From assembly GCA_050613775.1 (NCBI GenBank), contig JBODTK010000013.1, forward strand, positions 1,054,001-1,118,000: a stretch of 64,000 nt of DNA, given 5' to 3'. Shown piece after piece: positions 30,510 to 44,339 of this stretch (position 1 is its first letter; every line of letters begins with the position of its first letter). Origin of the DNA: Neocallimastix sp. 'constans'. Its lineage: Eukaryota. The translations under genes were made by a program, and so were the position numbers. The notes beneath the pieces are model-generated. The model was not told the origin of the DNA and did not search any database. It worked only from the letters and a program-made list of their open reading frames with translations.

Positions 30510-30890
30510 TAAATAAAAAAATAAATTATAATTAAAAAAAAGGAAATAAAAAATAAAAAATAAATTATAATTAAAAAAAAGGGAAAAATAAAAAATAAAT
30601 TATAATTAAAAAAAGGAAAAAAATAAATAAAAAATAAATTATAATTAAAAAAAGGAAAAAAAAAATAAAAATAAAAAGTAAATTATAATTAAAAAAAGGA
30701 AAAAAATAAATAAAAAATAAATTATAATTAAAAAAAGGAAAAAAAAAATAAAAATAAAAAGTAAATTATAATTAAAAAAAGGAAAAAAATAAATAAAAAA
30801 TAAATTATAATTAAAAAAAAGGAAAAAAAAATAAAAAATAAATTATAATTAAAAAAAGGGAAAAAAAATAAAAAATAAATTATAATTATA
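30510..30890. repeat. ~35-45 bp A-rich minisatellite (AAATTATAATTAAAAAAAGGAAAA...), about 10 copies
   Basis: Read directly. Confidence 0.85.
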
Positions 30891-30894
30891 ATTA

Positions 30895-31165
30895 TTTGAA
30901 GAAAGGGATTCAGATAGCCTCCATTCTTGTTGCCAGTAGTCTACTTGCGATTACCCTTGTCTAGATAATCATCGGAAGACAGTGGAGACTTTATTAGGTC
31001 TTCTTCGATATTTCTAACTTAGGTATCTGGTAGACATACAACAGTGATAGTTTTTGGTCTCAAATGGACTCCGTATTATCCGATACCACATAGCCTGCCG
31101 TCTTCTACATCCCAGTTGTCAATATTACCGGTGGAGCATTTGTATTCATATTTAGTGAGTCTAGC
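30895..31165 (-). pseudogene. Relic of fungal non-catalytic dockerin (NCDD/CBM10-like) domains
   Basis: GC-richer island. Minus strand KYEYKCSTGNIDNWDVEDGRLCGIG* resembles the consensus ..WGVENG.WCGI; in another frame SPFETKNYHCCMST resembles C.FE..GY.CC. Confidence 0.6.
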
Positions 31166-31516
31166 AAGTAATACTAACACAATTATAAATAAAAATAAAA
31201 ATAAAAAATAAAACATAGTATTAATTAAAAAAAGCATAAAAACATAATAAATGTTATACTGGAATATAAATTTTTTGTGCAAACTTAATTCTTAAAAATA
31301 CATTTTTAAATTTTCATAATATGCTATTATTAAAAAGTACATTTTTAAATTTTAATAATATTTTATTATTAAAAAATGAACAAGCAAAATTATATATTTC
31401 TATTAAATTATAGTAATTTCTTTTTAATATTAATATAAAATAAAATTTTCACATTTACTTTTTATAAAAGAAAGTGAATGTAAAATAATTTTTTTTTTTA
31501 AACATATTAAATATAG

Positions 31517-31552
<36 letters not shown>

Positions 31553-32334
31553 TTTTTTAATTCACAATATTATAAAAATAAATATTCATTATCAAATTGA
31601 ATTATTATATTATTTTAATGAGAATTACAATTAAAAATATATATATATATATATATTATATATCTAAATTTTAATACATATTTATTTGATCATAATAACT
31701 ATTAATAATGTTTTTTTATCTTTTCATTTATCTCTATTATAATTATTGTTATTGTTATTTATTATAGTTAATTATTGATAGAATATGTGAATATGATGTC
31801 CCTAAATTCCTGACTCAACAAAAACTACTATTAATTACTTATTATTTTTTATTATTTCTTTCATTGTATATTATTTATTATTTATTATTATCATTCATGT
31901 TTTAATCCATTTTTATTTTGAGTTTTATTACTTATTTAATTTTTTAATTACATTTATTATTTATAAAATATTTATTATTTGTTTTTTTTTTGTTACTTAT
32001 TTATTATTTATTTTATTTATTTATTATTTATTTATTATTTATTTATTATTTATTTATTATTTATTTATTATTTATTTATTATTTATTTATTATTTATTAC
32101 TCATTTATTTATAATATTTCTATTATTTGTTTTTTTTTGTTACTTATTTATTATTTATTTTATTTATTTATTATTTATTTATTATTTATTTATTATTTAT
32201 TTATTATTTATTTATTATTTATTACTCATTTATTTATAATATTTCTATTAATAACAATTATTATTATTATTATTATTAGAAACTATTTATACTTCCTATA
32301 ATAAGTTTTTATACTAATGTAATGATTTCGATAT

Positions 32335-33226
32335 TTTAAAAAGTGGAAGGAGTCCTCTTATATTATTTCTCATTAATCAAAAAAAGTATTACAACAATTT
32401 CACATTATTCCTTGGAAGAAAAAAAAAATATGTAGATTAACACTATATAGAAACAACGAACTCTCTGAAGAAATATAGAAGTTTTAATGGAATAAAATGT
32501 TCATTATACAGGTAATTTTACTATAAGATTAATTAAGTACAAGAGGTTTAAATTTGGTTCTAAAAAAAAATATAATAATTTATTTAACGTCTCTCTCTAA
32601 AATATTAATAATTTTTCTCTGAACCTTTCTGGATTAAACGCTTTAAACTCTGATTCATATATGATGGATAAATATTTTATTAAAAGTAAATTAATAACAG
32701 ATGATTGTCTTAACATGATATCCTTAATTGTGATAATAGTAATAGAGTATCTAGTTTTACACATTGAATTCTTTAAAATAAGTTAGGCAACAATTCATTT
32801 ACTTTGCTAATGAAATTTATATTAATTTTTCTTTTTCTTATTTGTTCATAAGAATTTTTTGAACATTCCTGACAATTTGGAAGAAGATATCTGAAGATAA
32901 TATTAATTTTTTTTATATACTGTGTCTCCTTCTTTCTTGGTGGAAATGCAATCATTGAAAACTTATCTATCAGCTTGAGGAAAAAAAAAGTCATTTATTA
33001 ATAATGATTTTCAAACACCAAATAGAAAGTCTATTTTCCCAATATTCATTTTTTTATGGGGCTTGTCGAATATCTTACTAATATTATGCCAATTGTGATT
33101 AGTAATTTTTATATTATGATCAATTCGGATATCACTAGATCTATTGTTGTCAATAATGTCGACGTCGAAATGATAAAGTAAAGAAAAAATTCTGATACAG
33201 ATTCGAATGATAATATTAATCCATAA
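32335..33226 (+). mobile_element. Degenerate LINE fragment, C-terminal part of the ORF
   Basis: Fragments KLITDDCL...SSFTH*IL, FLGGNAIIENLS and GLVEYLTNIMPIVIS...RSIVVNNVDVEMIK*RKNSDTDSNDNINP* parallel the LINE C-terminus at 14330-14847 (HWLIDC, FLLGGR, LLQFIIPIA). Nucleotide similarity to 48850-49010. Confidence 0.7.
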
Positions 33227-33241
33227 TTATAATTATTCTTT

Positions 33242-33273
<32 letters not shown>

Positions 33274-33617
33274 TTATTTGTATATATATAATAGTAGTAA
33301 TACTATTACTATTAATTATTATTCATATTATTTCTATTTTTTATTTTTTATTAAATTATTAAATAATTATTATTCATTTTAATATTATTATAATTATTAA
33401 TTATTAATTATTAGTTATTAATTATTAATTATTAATTATTAATTATTAATTATTAGTTATTAAATATTAAATATTAAATATTAATTATTAATTATTGTTA
33501 TTAATTATTACTTTAATGATTTTGTTTATTATTTATTATTATTCATATATTAATTCGTATTTCTAGTTTGATGTAGTTTAATTATTAGTATTAATTTATA
33601 TATTATTTAGTATGTTC

Positions 33618-33992
33618 CTTGGATCGACCCCCACAAGTATCATATCTTCACGATTTTTCCCTTTGGGTTTTGCGTGAAAGGTTAGGGGTTAAACGATACT
33701 CAGGTAGGTATACTTTCTAAGTTTTCTATATTTCTAACACTATTAGAATCCCATTGCGTAAGCCTTGTCTGAGAGGATTTACAGTGTCCAGCTCCTCTGG
33801 GATGGCAAGGACGCCACCTATAGTTGGCTCTGCTTTCCCTCGAGGATCGCGTAGGGTGCTTCTATATGGAGTTTCTTTGCTTATGGGGAGTTGAGAGCGT
33901 CGACGCCGTACCGGTATGGCAGTTAATCATACACCCATATTACTATATGGGGAAGACCAAAGTCTTCAGTCTATAAAAAAAAAAAAAAAAAA
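33618..33992 (+). mobile_element. Poly(A)-tailed, highly structured non-coding retroposed element (SINE-like or isolated LINE 3' UTR) with 13-16 bp TSD
   Basis: ATTTAGTATGTTC(C/T)TT at 33605-33620 and 33993-34008; A19 tract at 33975-33993; 45% GC by hand count over 33621-33970; many hairpins; no ORF. Confidence 0.85.
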
Positions 33993-36327
33993 ATTTAGTA
34001 TGTTCTTTAATAAAATACTTAATTAAAATATATACTAAAAATGGTAGTTATTAAATAATATATAAATTTTAAAATCTCAAAAAGTTTTATTAAATTTTAA
34101 TTTATTATGTTAATAATTTAAAAATTAGCCTCAAATTTCTATTATAAATAATTTGTACAAATATAGAAATAAAATTATTAAATTCTTTTAAAAATATGAA
34201 AATAGTTTTAATTTATTGAAATGATTTAAATGATCTAAAGCATAAAATATGATAGTGTTGAAATTTTGTAAATGAACTGTTTTGAAAATGTAAATTAAGT
34301 TTAATTACTAATATTTATATTATTATTATAAAATATAATTAATAGAATTATATAAAAATAATTTTTTTTTGTCTTATTAAAATAATATACTATTTGTTTT
34401 GTTTTATTTTATTCTATTTTTTTATTATTTTAATATAAATTGTTTATTTGTAGTTGATTAAAAATCAAAAATCAATATATTTATTTGAAATGTTTAATAT
34501 TTTTAATCTCTTATTCATTGAATAATATTTTATGTATTTAATATTTTTAATCTCATATAGTATTTAGTATATTTATTATTTTCAATTTCTTATCCATTGA
34601 ATATTTTTTTCATATCTCAATAAGTTAATGACAATGATCTAATTAATAAAAGATCATTTGTATATCTTGATAAATTAAAAAAAATTATAACAGATATTCT
34701 ATTTAATCTTTTACAAAAAGAATTTATCATTACTATATTATTTATTTATATATTACTAAAAAAAAAATTATATTACTATCTCATTTATTTATTATATAAT
34801 TATATAATATGAATAACATTAAAATAAAAACTATTTTAAAAATTTATATTAATTTATTAAATCAATTTTTATCAAAACAAGACAAAAATTATTTTTATAT
34901 TTTTATTTTCATTTTTTTATGTCATTTTTTTTATTTTTACTTCTATTATTTATATTAATTTCATAATCATTTTATCCATATAAAATTCGTCTTGATTATA
35001 TAATAGGTCTTAAAATATTAATTTTTTTTTTTTATTTTTTTAATAATTCAATAAATTTTATCTTACTTTATTTGTTTTTTTTCTCTTTTTCATCTTTCTT
35101 TAATAATTATTTTTTATATTTCATATTAATTCAAAAAATTTTAATTTAAAAAAATAAAGTGATTTTTAAATTAAAATAAAAATAAAAATTATATAAAGTT
35201 TCAAAATTCAAATAATTTTTTTAATAATTAAGGTAAATTAATATTTAAAATAAGATTTAACGATCATTTTTAAAAAGAAGAATATAGATATTATAAATAA
35301 AGATATTAAAATAAAATTTTTAACTATAATTTAGTATTATATATATAATAAGTTATTGTATAATAAAATTTAAAATATTATTAATGCTAAATACATTTAA
35401 AGAATAGACATTTAAATTAATTTTAAAAAAATAAAATATATTATACAAATTTTAAATTATTTTTAATAAATATTTAATATTATTATTATTCATTAATAAA
35501 TTATTTTTTCATATGATTGATTTAATTTAAAATAAAAAATATCCGAATAATGAAATTTTAATATTATTTTTTAATATTTAAAATAAAATATAAATTGTCA
35601 TATGATTTTATTATTTCATAAAAATATGAAAGAAAATGATTAAATAAAAATAAATATCTTTAATAAAACTTTTTTTTTTTTTTAATATTTCATTAAAGAG
35701 AATACGATTTGAAATATGGGTCATTTGACATATTTCATTGAATCATTTAATTAACAAAAAAAATTAAATATGAATTAAAATTTCTATTTTTAATTTATTA
35801 AATAATCATAAATATATTATTAAAATACATTTAATGTTAATTGGATTAAGATTATTTTATTAAAAATAAATAAATAAATAAATAAAACTAAATCTGGAAT
35901 TTAAATATCCAATATCAAAAAATTATATTAATTTTCATAATTAAGCATGTTTGTTATATTTATAAATATTAAAAAAGAGAAAACAAATAAATTTTTAATA
36001 TTATAAAAGATAAAAATGAATTAAAAGATATTATAGAATTCAATCAATTGTTTTAATATAAACAATAGTTATTTATATTATTTATTTTAAATATTAAAAT
36101 CAAAAGCCACTTGATAACACTTATAACCTTTATTCATATAAATAATAGATATAAAAAGATTTAAGTCAGATAAAATTTTATATAAATATATATATAAATA
36201 GATATAGAAATATATATCAAATATTTCTAATTTTATAATTAAACGAAAATTTTTTTTCTTTTTTCTTTTTTTCGTTTTAATTTCCATAATTTCTATAAAT
36301 AAAACAAAAGTTTAATTCTAAAGAAAA

Positions 36328-36370
<43 letters not shown>

Positions 36371-37117
36371 TTAACTTTTTAAAAATTTAATGAATAATAA
36401 TTATAAAGATATTAGTAATTTTTTAAGAACTTGACAAAATATATGAGTATTTGATTTTATTATTTTTTTTATTTATAATTAATTTTCATTTTAATTTAAA
36501 TATATTAAGAAATATTATTGTACCAAGATACACATTTTAAATAGTTTTTAAATATAAAATATATTTAATTTTAAATATTATTATATTAATAGAATTATGT
36601 TTAAATATATAAATTTTTTATTATAATATTAGAATTATATTTAAATATATAAAATTTTTAAGGTAAAACTGAAAAAAAAAATATATTTTTTTTAATTTAA
36701 TATAAAATTGACAACAAAAAAAAAAAAAAAAATAATTTTAAAATTATATATATTTGTTAATATTGTTATTAGTAACAATATTAATACTAATATTTATAGA
36801 TTTAACATTGTTTAATTTCATAAATTACGAATAATTTAAAAATAAAAAAATCTATGAATCATAATCTTTTTACAAGAAGTTTAATCTGATAGTATTTTCA
36901 TGATTATAAATAATTAGTCTTATAATCCTTATCATCATGAATATTATAAATTAGATATTTTATAATTGGTATTATTAAGTTATAAAAATTTAATTCATTT
37001 AAATTTATAAATTTCATATTATAATCACTTCATCATTTATCATCATTTGAATTAATTACATAAATTGATTATAGAAAATAGATATAAAAGTTTTTGTTAA
37101 CAAAATACTGGTAAAAA

Positions 37118-37162
<45 letters not shown>

Positions 37163-37406
37163 AAGACTTCATTATATAAATTAACCAAAAATGGAAAAAA
37201 AAACAACTAAAATTAAATAAAAAATAATAATAAATAAAATTATAAAGATATAATAAACTTTTTTAACTATTCCTTTTAATTTAATAATAATTTTTTTAAT
37301 AAAAATTTTAAATAGTTTAATTAATTATTATTATTTTAACTAAATGAATAAATGGTTTATTAATTATATAATAATAATAATAATAATTAATTATATAATT
37401 AATAAG

Positions 37407-37442
<36 letters not shown>

Positions 37443-38024
37443 TTACATTTATTTTATCTTTACAACAAAAATATGTGTTTTTCTGCTACATAGATAAACA
37501 AAAAGTTGAGATAGTATTTATCTAATTACTCTTACTGACAAAAGTAATTTTTTTTTCCATCGCATTTTTTCCTAATTACTATTATTTTTAATTATTAAAT
37601 AAAGAATATAAAAATAAAAATAAAATAAAATGTTTTATCATTGCTATTTTTATTATTATTATTATTAGAATAAATTAATATGAAATGAAATATTCGTCTT
37701 TTTTGTTATTCTACTTTTTTAACAAAAAAATAAATAAATAAATAAATAAATATTTCATTTCATAATAATTTTAGTTATATAAAATTTATAAATTATTTAA
37801 TATTTAATTTTTTATTTCTCATTAATTATTATTTTATTTTTTTAACAAAAAAAAATATTATAATTCATATTAATTAATATTATACATATAACATTTATAA
37901 AACTATTTAATCGTTTTAATTTCTTATTAATTTTTATTTATTTTTAATTGTATTCTTCATAAAGTTTATAAAACCTTTGTTATGAGTATTGATCTTTTTT
38001 AGTATTCTTTATCATCTATTCATC

Positions 38025-38077
<53 letters not shown>

Positions 38078-38837
38078 TTACATGTCATATATATACTCAA
38101 TATAAAGAAATTAAAATAAAAAAAATACCATAAATAGAAATATTTTTTATAATTATTTATATTTATTATTTATTAATTATAAAATATATATTTAATTTTG
38201 TATTATAAGAATAAAATTGGAATATAAAAAAAAATTAATTATTATATATATAAATGAAAAAGTTACATATGAACTTAAACAAATTCATTAAGATAATAAA
38301 AATTTAAAAAACTTTACTTTTTTTTTTTCTCTTTTAATAATAAGCCAAATAAAAATAACGAATGAAAAAAAATTTTTTTTTTATAATTGTAATATTATAA
38401 TATTAAAAAAGATGATTACTTTCTTACTTGAGGAGTTCTCTAAAAAAAAATAATAATAATAATAATAATAATAATTACTGAATTCTCCAGTCATAATCAA
38501 AGTTAATATGATTTTTTAGAATTAATTTATTAATTAATACCAATGATAATGTAATAAAATATTTTATTTTTTATTTTTATTTTTTTAAAAATAATTTGTG
38601 ATAAGAATATTCCAATTCTTATAAAAAAAAATTTGCTAAAAAGATAAAAATTTAAAAAAGCTTAATTTATTATTTTAAAATAAAAAATATATTTTATTAA
38701 TATTATGTGATGTATTATAATTTTAATTATAAAATTAATTTTCATATTATTTAATTTTTATAAAATAAAAAAAAAAATAAAATAAAATTAAAATTAAAAA
38801 TAAAATAAAAGAGAAAAAATCATTTAATTTTTGAAAT

Positions 38838-38875
<38 letters not shown>

Positions 38876-38939
38876 ATATTAAATAATTAATATATATTGA
38901 GAAAATAAAGAAAAAAAAATAATATAAGTTATAATAAAA

Positions 38940-39894
38940 ATGAAATCATCGACGATTTTCAAGAGAGTAGGAATAGCCACTGGAATATTTATAAAGATAT
39001 GATGATAGATACCAAATAAAGATTTAAAAAATCCTGTATTATATATATACATGGAGGTTCTGGTGATTACGTAGATTATGAAATCCTTAGAAAATATTCG
39101 GATATTTAAATCATAGTAAACTGACATCAAAGAAACTATGGAAAAGGTTATTTATAATCACAAAATAATATAGTAGTGACTTATGACTTATTAATGCAAG
39201 ATGGTAAAGAAATGACCGAATTCCTATTAAATTATTTGAAAAAAGATAAAAAAGATAAAATATCTTTATTAAGTCATTCCTGGGGAACCTATTATGAATG
39301 AAATTTAGAACTTGCTTATCCATAATATTATTAAACCTATATTGAATATGGGCAACTTGCTGATATCCCAAGAAAATGAAAAAGCAATGAAAGAAGAGCT
39401 CACAAAATAGGCAAAGAATGATGAAGATAAAGAATTACTTAAAAATCACATTAAGACATTTTATTCCTGAATATTTTAATGCAATAAGTAAATTGATGAA
39501 TAAATATAATTATGGTGAATTTTTTTAAGTGGAATGGAATTAAACGCCAATACAGCTTTATATTATAATTCTTATTTTTCATTAATTGAATTATATCAAT
39601 TTTTATATAATAAAGATAAGTAGGAGAATGATTATTACATGAATTTATAAATTCAGATAAATTAAAAAAAATTTTCATTACTAATTATGAAGTATCTTAT
39701 TATAATATTCTTGGTAATAAAGATTTTGAAACTTATTATTTAATAGCACAAGAATATTATGAAACAGTTACAGTGTTACAGTTCCCTGTAAAAGATTATA
39801 TTTAATGAAAAATATGGGTCATAAATTGCTTTTTTCAAGAATTGATGAATATTCAGATATTATTCATGATATTTATAAAAATGAACATTCATAA
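38940..39894 (+). pseudogene. Alpha/beta hydrolase pseudogene (proline-iminopeptidase-like, bacterial type)
   Basis: Fragments in several frames: DLKNPVLYIHGGSG (oxyanion HGGPG, ~39050), LSHSWGT (GHSWG nucleophile, 39272-39289), ILGNKDFET, KRLYLMKNMGH (catalytic His, ~39820) and IDEYSDIIHDIYKNEHS*. No introns evident; many stops and frameshifts. Confidence 0.8.
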
Positions 39895-40764
39895 AATAAT
39901 AACACCCCCTATGAACAATAGTTCTAATATTACTATAAATACTACTAATATTATTGTTAATACTTCTACTAATACTACTGCTACTGCTACTAATATTACT
40001 AGGGAAAAAATCAATATTAAAAATTAGATTTCTTTATAAAAAATGATAAAAAATGATTTATTAAACAAAAATAATATTATTCATTATAATTCTAATATAA
40101 CAATATTTAGACTTAAAAGTATTTAATATTAAATAATTACTATTTATATTCAATATTATATAATAATTTTCTTTCATATATTAATAAAAAAAAAATTAAA
40201 AATAAAAGTATTAAATAAATTAATAACATACATTAATATTTTGTTTTTTTAATTTTTATTTTTTACTTAAAAAATAAAAATATTAATATATGTTATTATT
40301 CTGTAAATTTTTAAAAATTTAAAAGAAAAAAAAAATTAAAAAAAAAAAAAAAAAAACAATAAAAATAATAGATAAAAGATAAAAATAAAAAATAAGAAAT
40401 AAGAAACAATTAATAATAAGTAATGATTATTAGGTAAAAAGAAAAAATAATAATAAATAATATATAGTAAATAATAATAAAATTAAAAATAACTATATAA
40501 ATATTAAAGAATATAAATAAAGTACTATTATTAATAAATATGTTATAAATATTGTTCCAAATTATTATTTGAAAAGTTACTCTTGAAGTATTAATTTTTT
40601 ACAAATTATAATCATTAAAAATGTTTTGAAAAATTATATAAAAATAATATTATTTAGACATAAAATATAGATGTTCTTATGAGATAATAATGTATATATA
40701 TATTTATATTTTTATTTATCTATTTTTTTATTGAAAATGTATACTTTATAATAATAAAAACAAC

Positions 40765-40795
<31 letters not shown>

Positions 40796-41411
40796 CAACA
40801 ATAATATTAATAATAAAACAACTGCAATAATAATAATTATAAATAAATAAATAACAATAATAAATAGCAATAATAATAATAATAAATAACAATAATAATA
40901 AATTATAAATAATAATAATAATAATAAATTAATTTGAATGGTTCAAATAATAATAATTTATTTATATTTATTTATATATTTTTATATTTATCTATTTATA
41001 TATCTATTTATTTATCTATTTATTTATTTATTTATTTATAACAATTATTTATTAAAGCTTAACAAATAATTAAAAATTTTAATTAAAAAATAAAGAATTA
41101 TTCTTTTTATAATTAGAAATATATAAAAGAAAAAGATATATAATAAAAATATATTTTATACAATTTTTTTTTTTTACATTATGTATTTAAAAATGTAATT
41201 TAAAAGTTTTTATTGTATTATTACAATTTATTAAATAATTATTTATAAATAAAAAAATACTATATATATCAAATATTCAACTAATTAAATTATATACATC
41301 TAAATTTCCATTATTTCTATAAATAAGATAATAGTTTAATTCTAAAAACTTAACTAATAATTTTAATTTATAATATTATGAAAATATCTTATTTTTAAAT
41401 TTAAAATTTTT

Positions 41412-41460
<49 letters not shown>

Positions 41461-43649
41461 CATATATAAGCCAATAATTAAATTTTCCATTAATTAAAAC
41501 ATGACTTTATACAATTTTAAACTCATTATTAATTACTAAAAATAATAAAGTATGAGTAGAATATGTGTAGAATCATAAATTTAATAAAGAAAAAATAGAT
41601 ATTCATTTATCTTACAGTTCATATTAATATTTAAAGTTTTTAAAATTTAAATAAAAAAATATTCATTTGAATAATAATACTATTTTTATTTTAATGAAAT
41701 ATAAATGTAAAAATAAAATAGTAATAAAACATATCTAATAATTAATAATAATAAATGATAACTTTTTTTTTATAATATTTTATTTAAAAACATTTTTTAA
41801 AATAGTACATGTTTTTATTCATTAATAATTAATTTTTATGGCCATATATTTTATTATATTTTATTACTGATTTATTGATAATTAATAAAGGATTTTTCGA
41901 ATAATATTATTCTAACAATAGTTTTTTACGAATTAAAAATGTTGTTATATATATATTTTTATATTATTATAAAATAAAATAAAAAAAAAAAGCCTTTAAA
42001 TTTAAATAATATATTTATTAAATAAAGAAAAAAAAATAATTTTAGTTGATAGAAACATAAATACTTACTATTGTTAATAATATACATATATTATTCTTAA
42101 AGTTAACAAATGTTTTTAAATTATATTTTTTACTATTATTAAATTTATTATTTCTATTATATTTGTACTATTTATCATTTATTTTATCATTTATTATTTA
42201 TTATTTATTATTTATTATTTATTATTTATTATTTATTACTTATTATTTATAATTTATTATTTATTATTTATTATTTATTATTTATTATTTATTATTTATT
42301 ATTTATTATTTATTATTTATTATTTATTATTTATTATTTATTTTTTATTTATTATTTATTATTTATTTTTTATTTATTATTTATTATTTATTATTTATTA
42401 TTTATTATTTATTATTTATTATTTATTATTTATTATTTATTATTTATTATTTATTATTTATTATTAAAATCTTTTAAATAAACATTTTTTAGATTGTTTT
42501 TTTATTTTCTAATTTTTTAATATATATATGATATTATATATAATCTATTATTTAATATTGTTAATGTTTATATTTTTATTAATATACTGAAATAAACATA
42601 TATATCAATTCTTTTTTAGGCATATTAAAACTAATATATTTTTTATTTAAAGTTCCTTCCTTTATTCTTGAAAATTATGTTTACATTATGAATATATTTG
42701 TTTAATATATATTACCTTTATACAGTGATATATACTTAATAAAATTAATATGTAATACATATTATGATTTCTATTAAAAAGAATATATTTTTAATTTATT
42801 TACATTATATTTATCTATTTATTAAATATAATATATCATAAATAATTAAAGATTAAAGTTAAAGTTATATTATTAATTTTAAATCTATTTAATAAACTAT
42901 TAATATATATATTAATAATTTATTAATATTTAATTTTAATATGTTAGAACTATATATAATATAAAATCTCAGTATTACTTTATATATAATAATATTAAAG
43001 TTAATATTAATAAACTATTATGCCAATATAAAATAATATGAAAGTATTATTTTTTTAATTTATTTTAATTTCGTTTATATATTAATTATAGTTTGATAAT
43101 TACACCAATTTTCAATAGATAGAATATTAAATTTATTGCAACTATTTAATCTTTTCTATTATTTCTATTAAAAAGCTTATTTTATAATATATTATAAATA
43201 TATTATGTTATATTGGATACTATAAGTTATAAATATATATAAACTTTGTATATTTTTAATTAATATTATTTTTTTATTATAAAATATACATTTTTTTTCA
43301 ACTATTTTTCAAAATTTTCAAAATTTTTTGATATTTTAAATTTTAATTTTTTTTTTTCATTTTAAATTCAATTTTTAAATATAAAAAATATAAAAATTAA
43401 TTATTTTTTTTTTTTAAAAAAAAAGTATTTTATTAAAAGCATATATTTTTAAAAAGCACAAAAAATATCTCTTATTTAATATAAATTTACAAAGAAAATA
43501 AATAAAAGAATAGTAATAAAAAAGACTTTAAACTTTTGAAGTAACTATCAATATATATTATTTTGAAATTTATATATATATAAAACAAATAAGATAAAAA
43601 TTTAATATGAAAGAAAAAGTTTGAGAGATATATTTAAAGATTGAAATTC

Positions 43650-43684
<35 letters not shown>

Positions 43685-44339
43685 AGTAAAATAAAAAATA
43701 AAATAAAATAAAAATAAATAATAAATAATAAATAAGTAAAAAGTAGTATAATGAAATTATATTAACAAAATTTGTATATAAATATTAAATAAAAATTATG
43801 AATAATTTACAACAATATAAATTATTAATCAAAATAAAGTTATAAAATTATTTAATTTCTATTTATTTTTATAAAGTATAAATAAATAAATAATCTATAA
43901 TTAAGATATAAAAAAAAATAAGTAAAGAAGAAATATTTTTAATAATTGTAAAAAAGAGTTAAGGAAAATTATCTAATTAAAAATTGTAAAAAGAGAATAA
44001 TAAAGAATTATATGTTGTAAATAATTAAATATTTTTATATTGTATATCATATCAATATTGTTACGTTTCAAAACAACAACAACAATAAAAAAATAAGAAT
44101 AAAAGTAAAAATTATTACTTAAAAAATTTTGTATTTCACTGTTTATATTATGTGATATCTACACTTATTAAAATATATTTAAAAATATATATACTGTTTA
44201 TTTTATGTGATATATCTACTCTCATTAAAATATATTTAAAAAAATATATATACTTTAACATAAATTTTATCTAATAAATCAAATTAAGACATTTATATAT
44301 ATATTCATATATATATTTTTATAAATAAATTTTATATTA

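Noticed and set aside
33680..33970. Structured insert as a hammerhead or twister ribozyme, telomerase RNA or group I intron
   Set aside because: Only partial look-alikes: CTGAGAG and minus-strand CTGAAGA lack a correctly placed GAAA; TAACACT...AGTG lacks the twister GAGGG; GTTAGGGGTT is a single non-canonical unit on the wrong strand for a template.
32335..33992. Treating the 32.3-33.2 kb LINE fragment and the structured poly(A) element as one insertion
   Set aside because: The TSD brackets only 33618-33992, and that element looks far less decayed than the LINE fragment.
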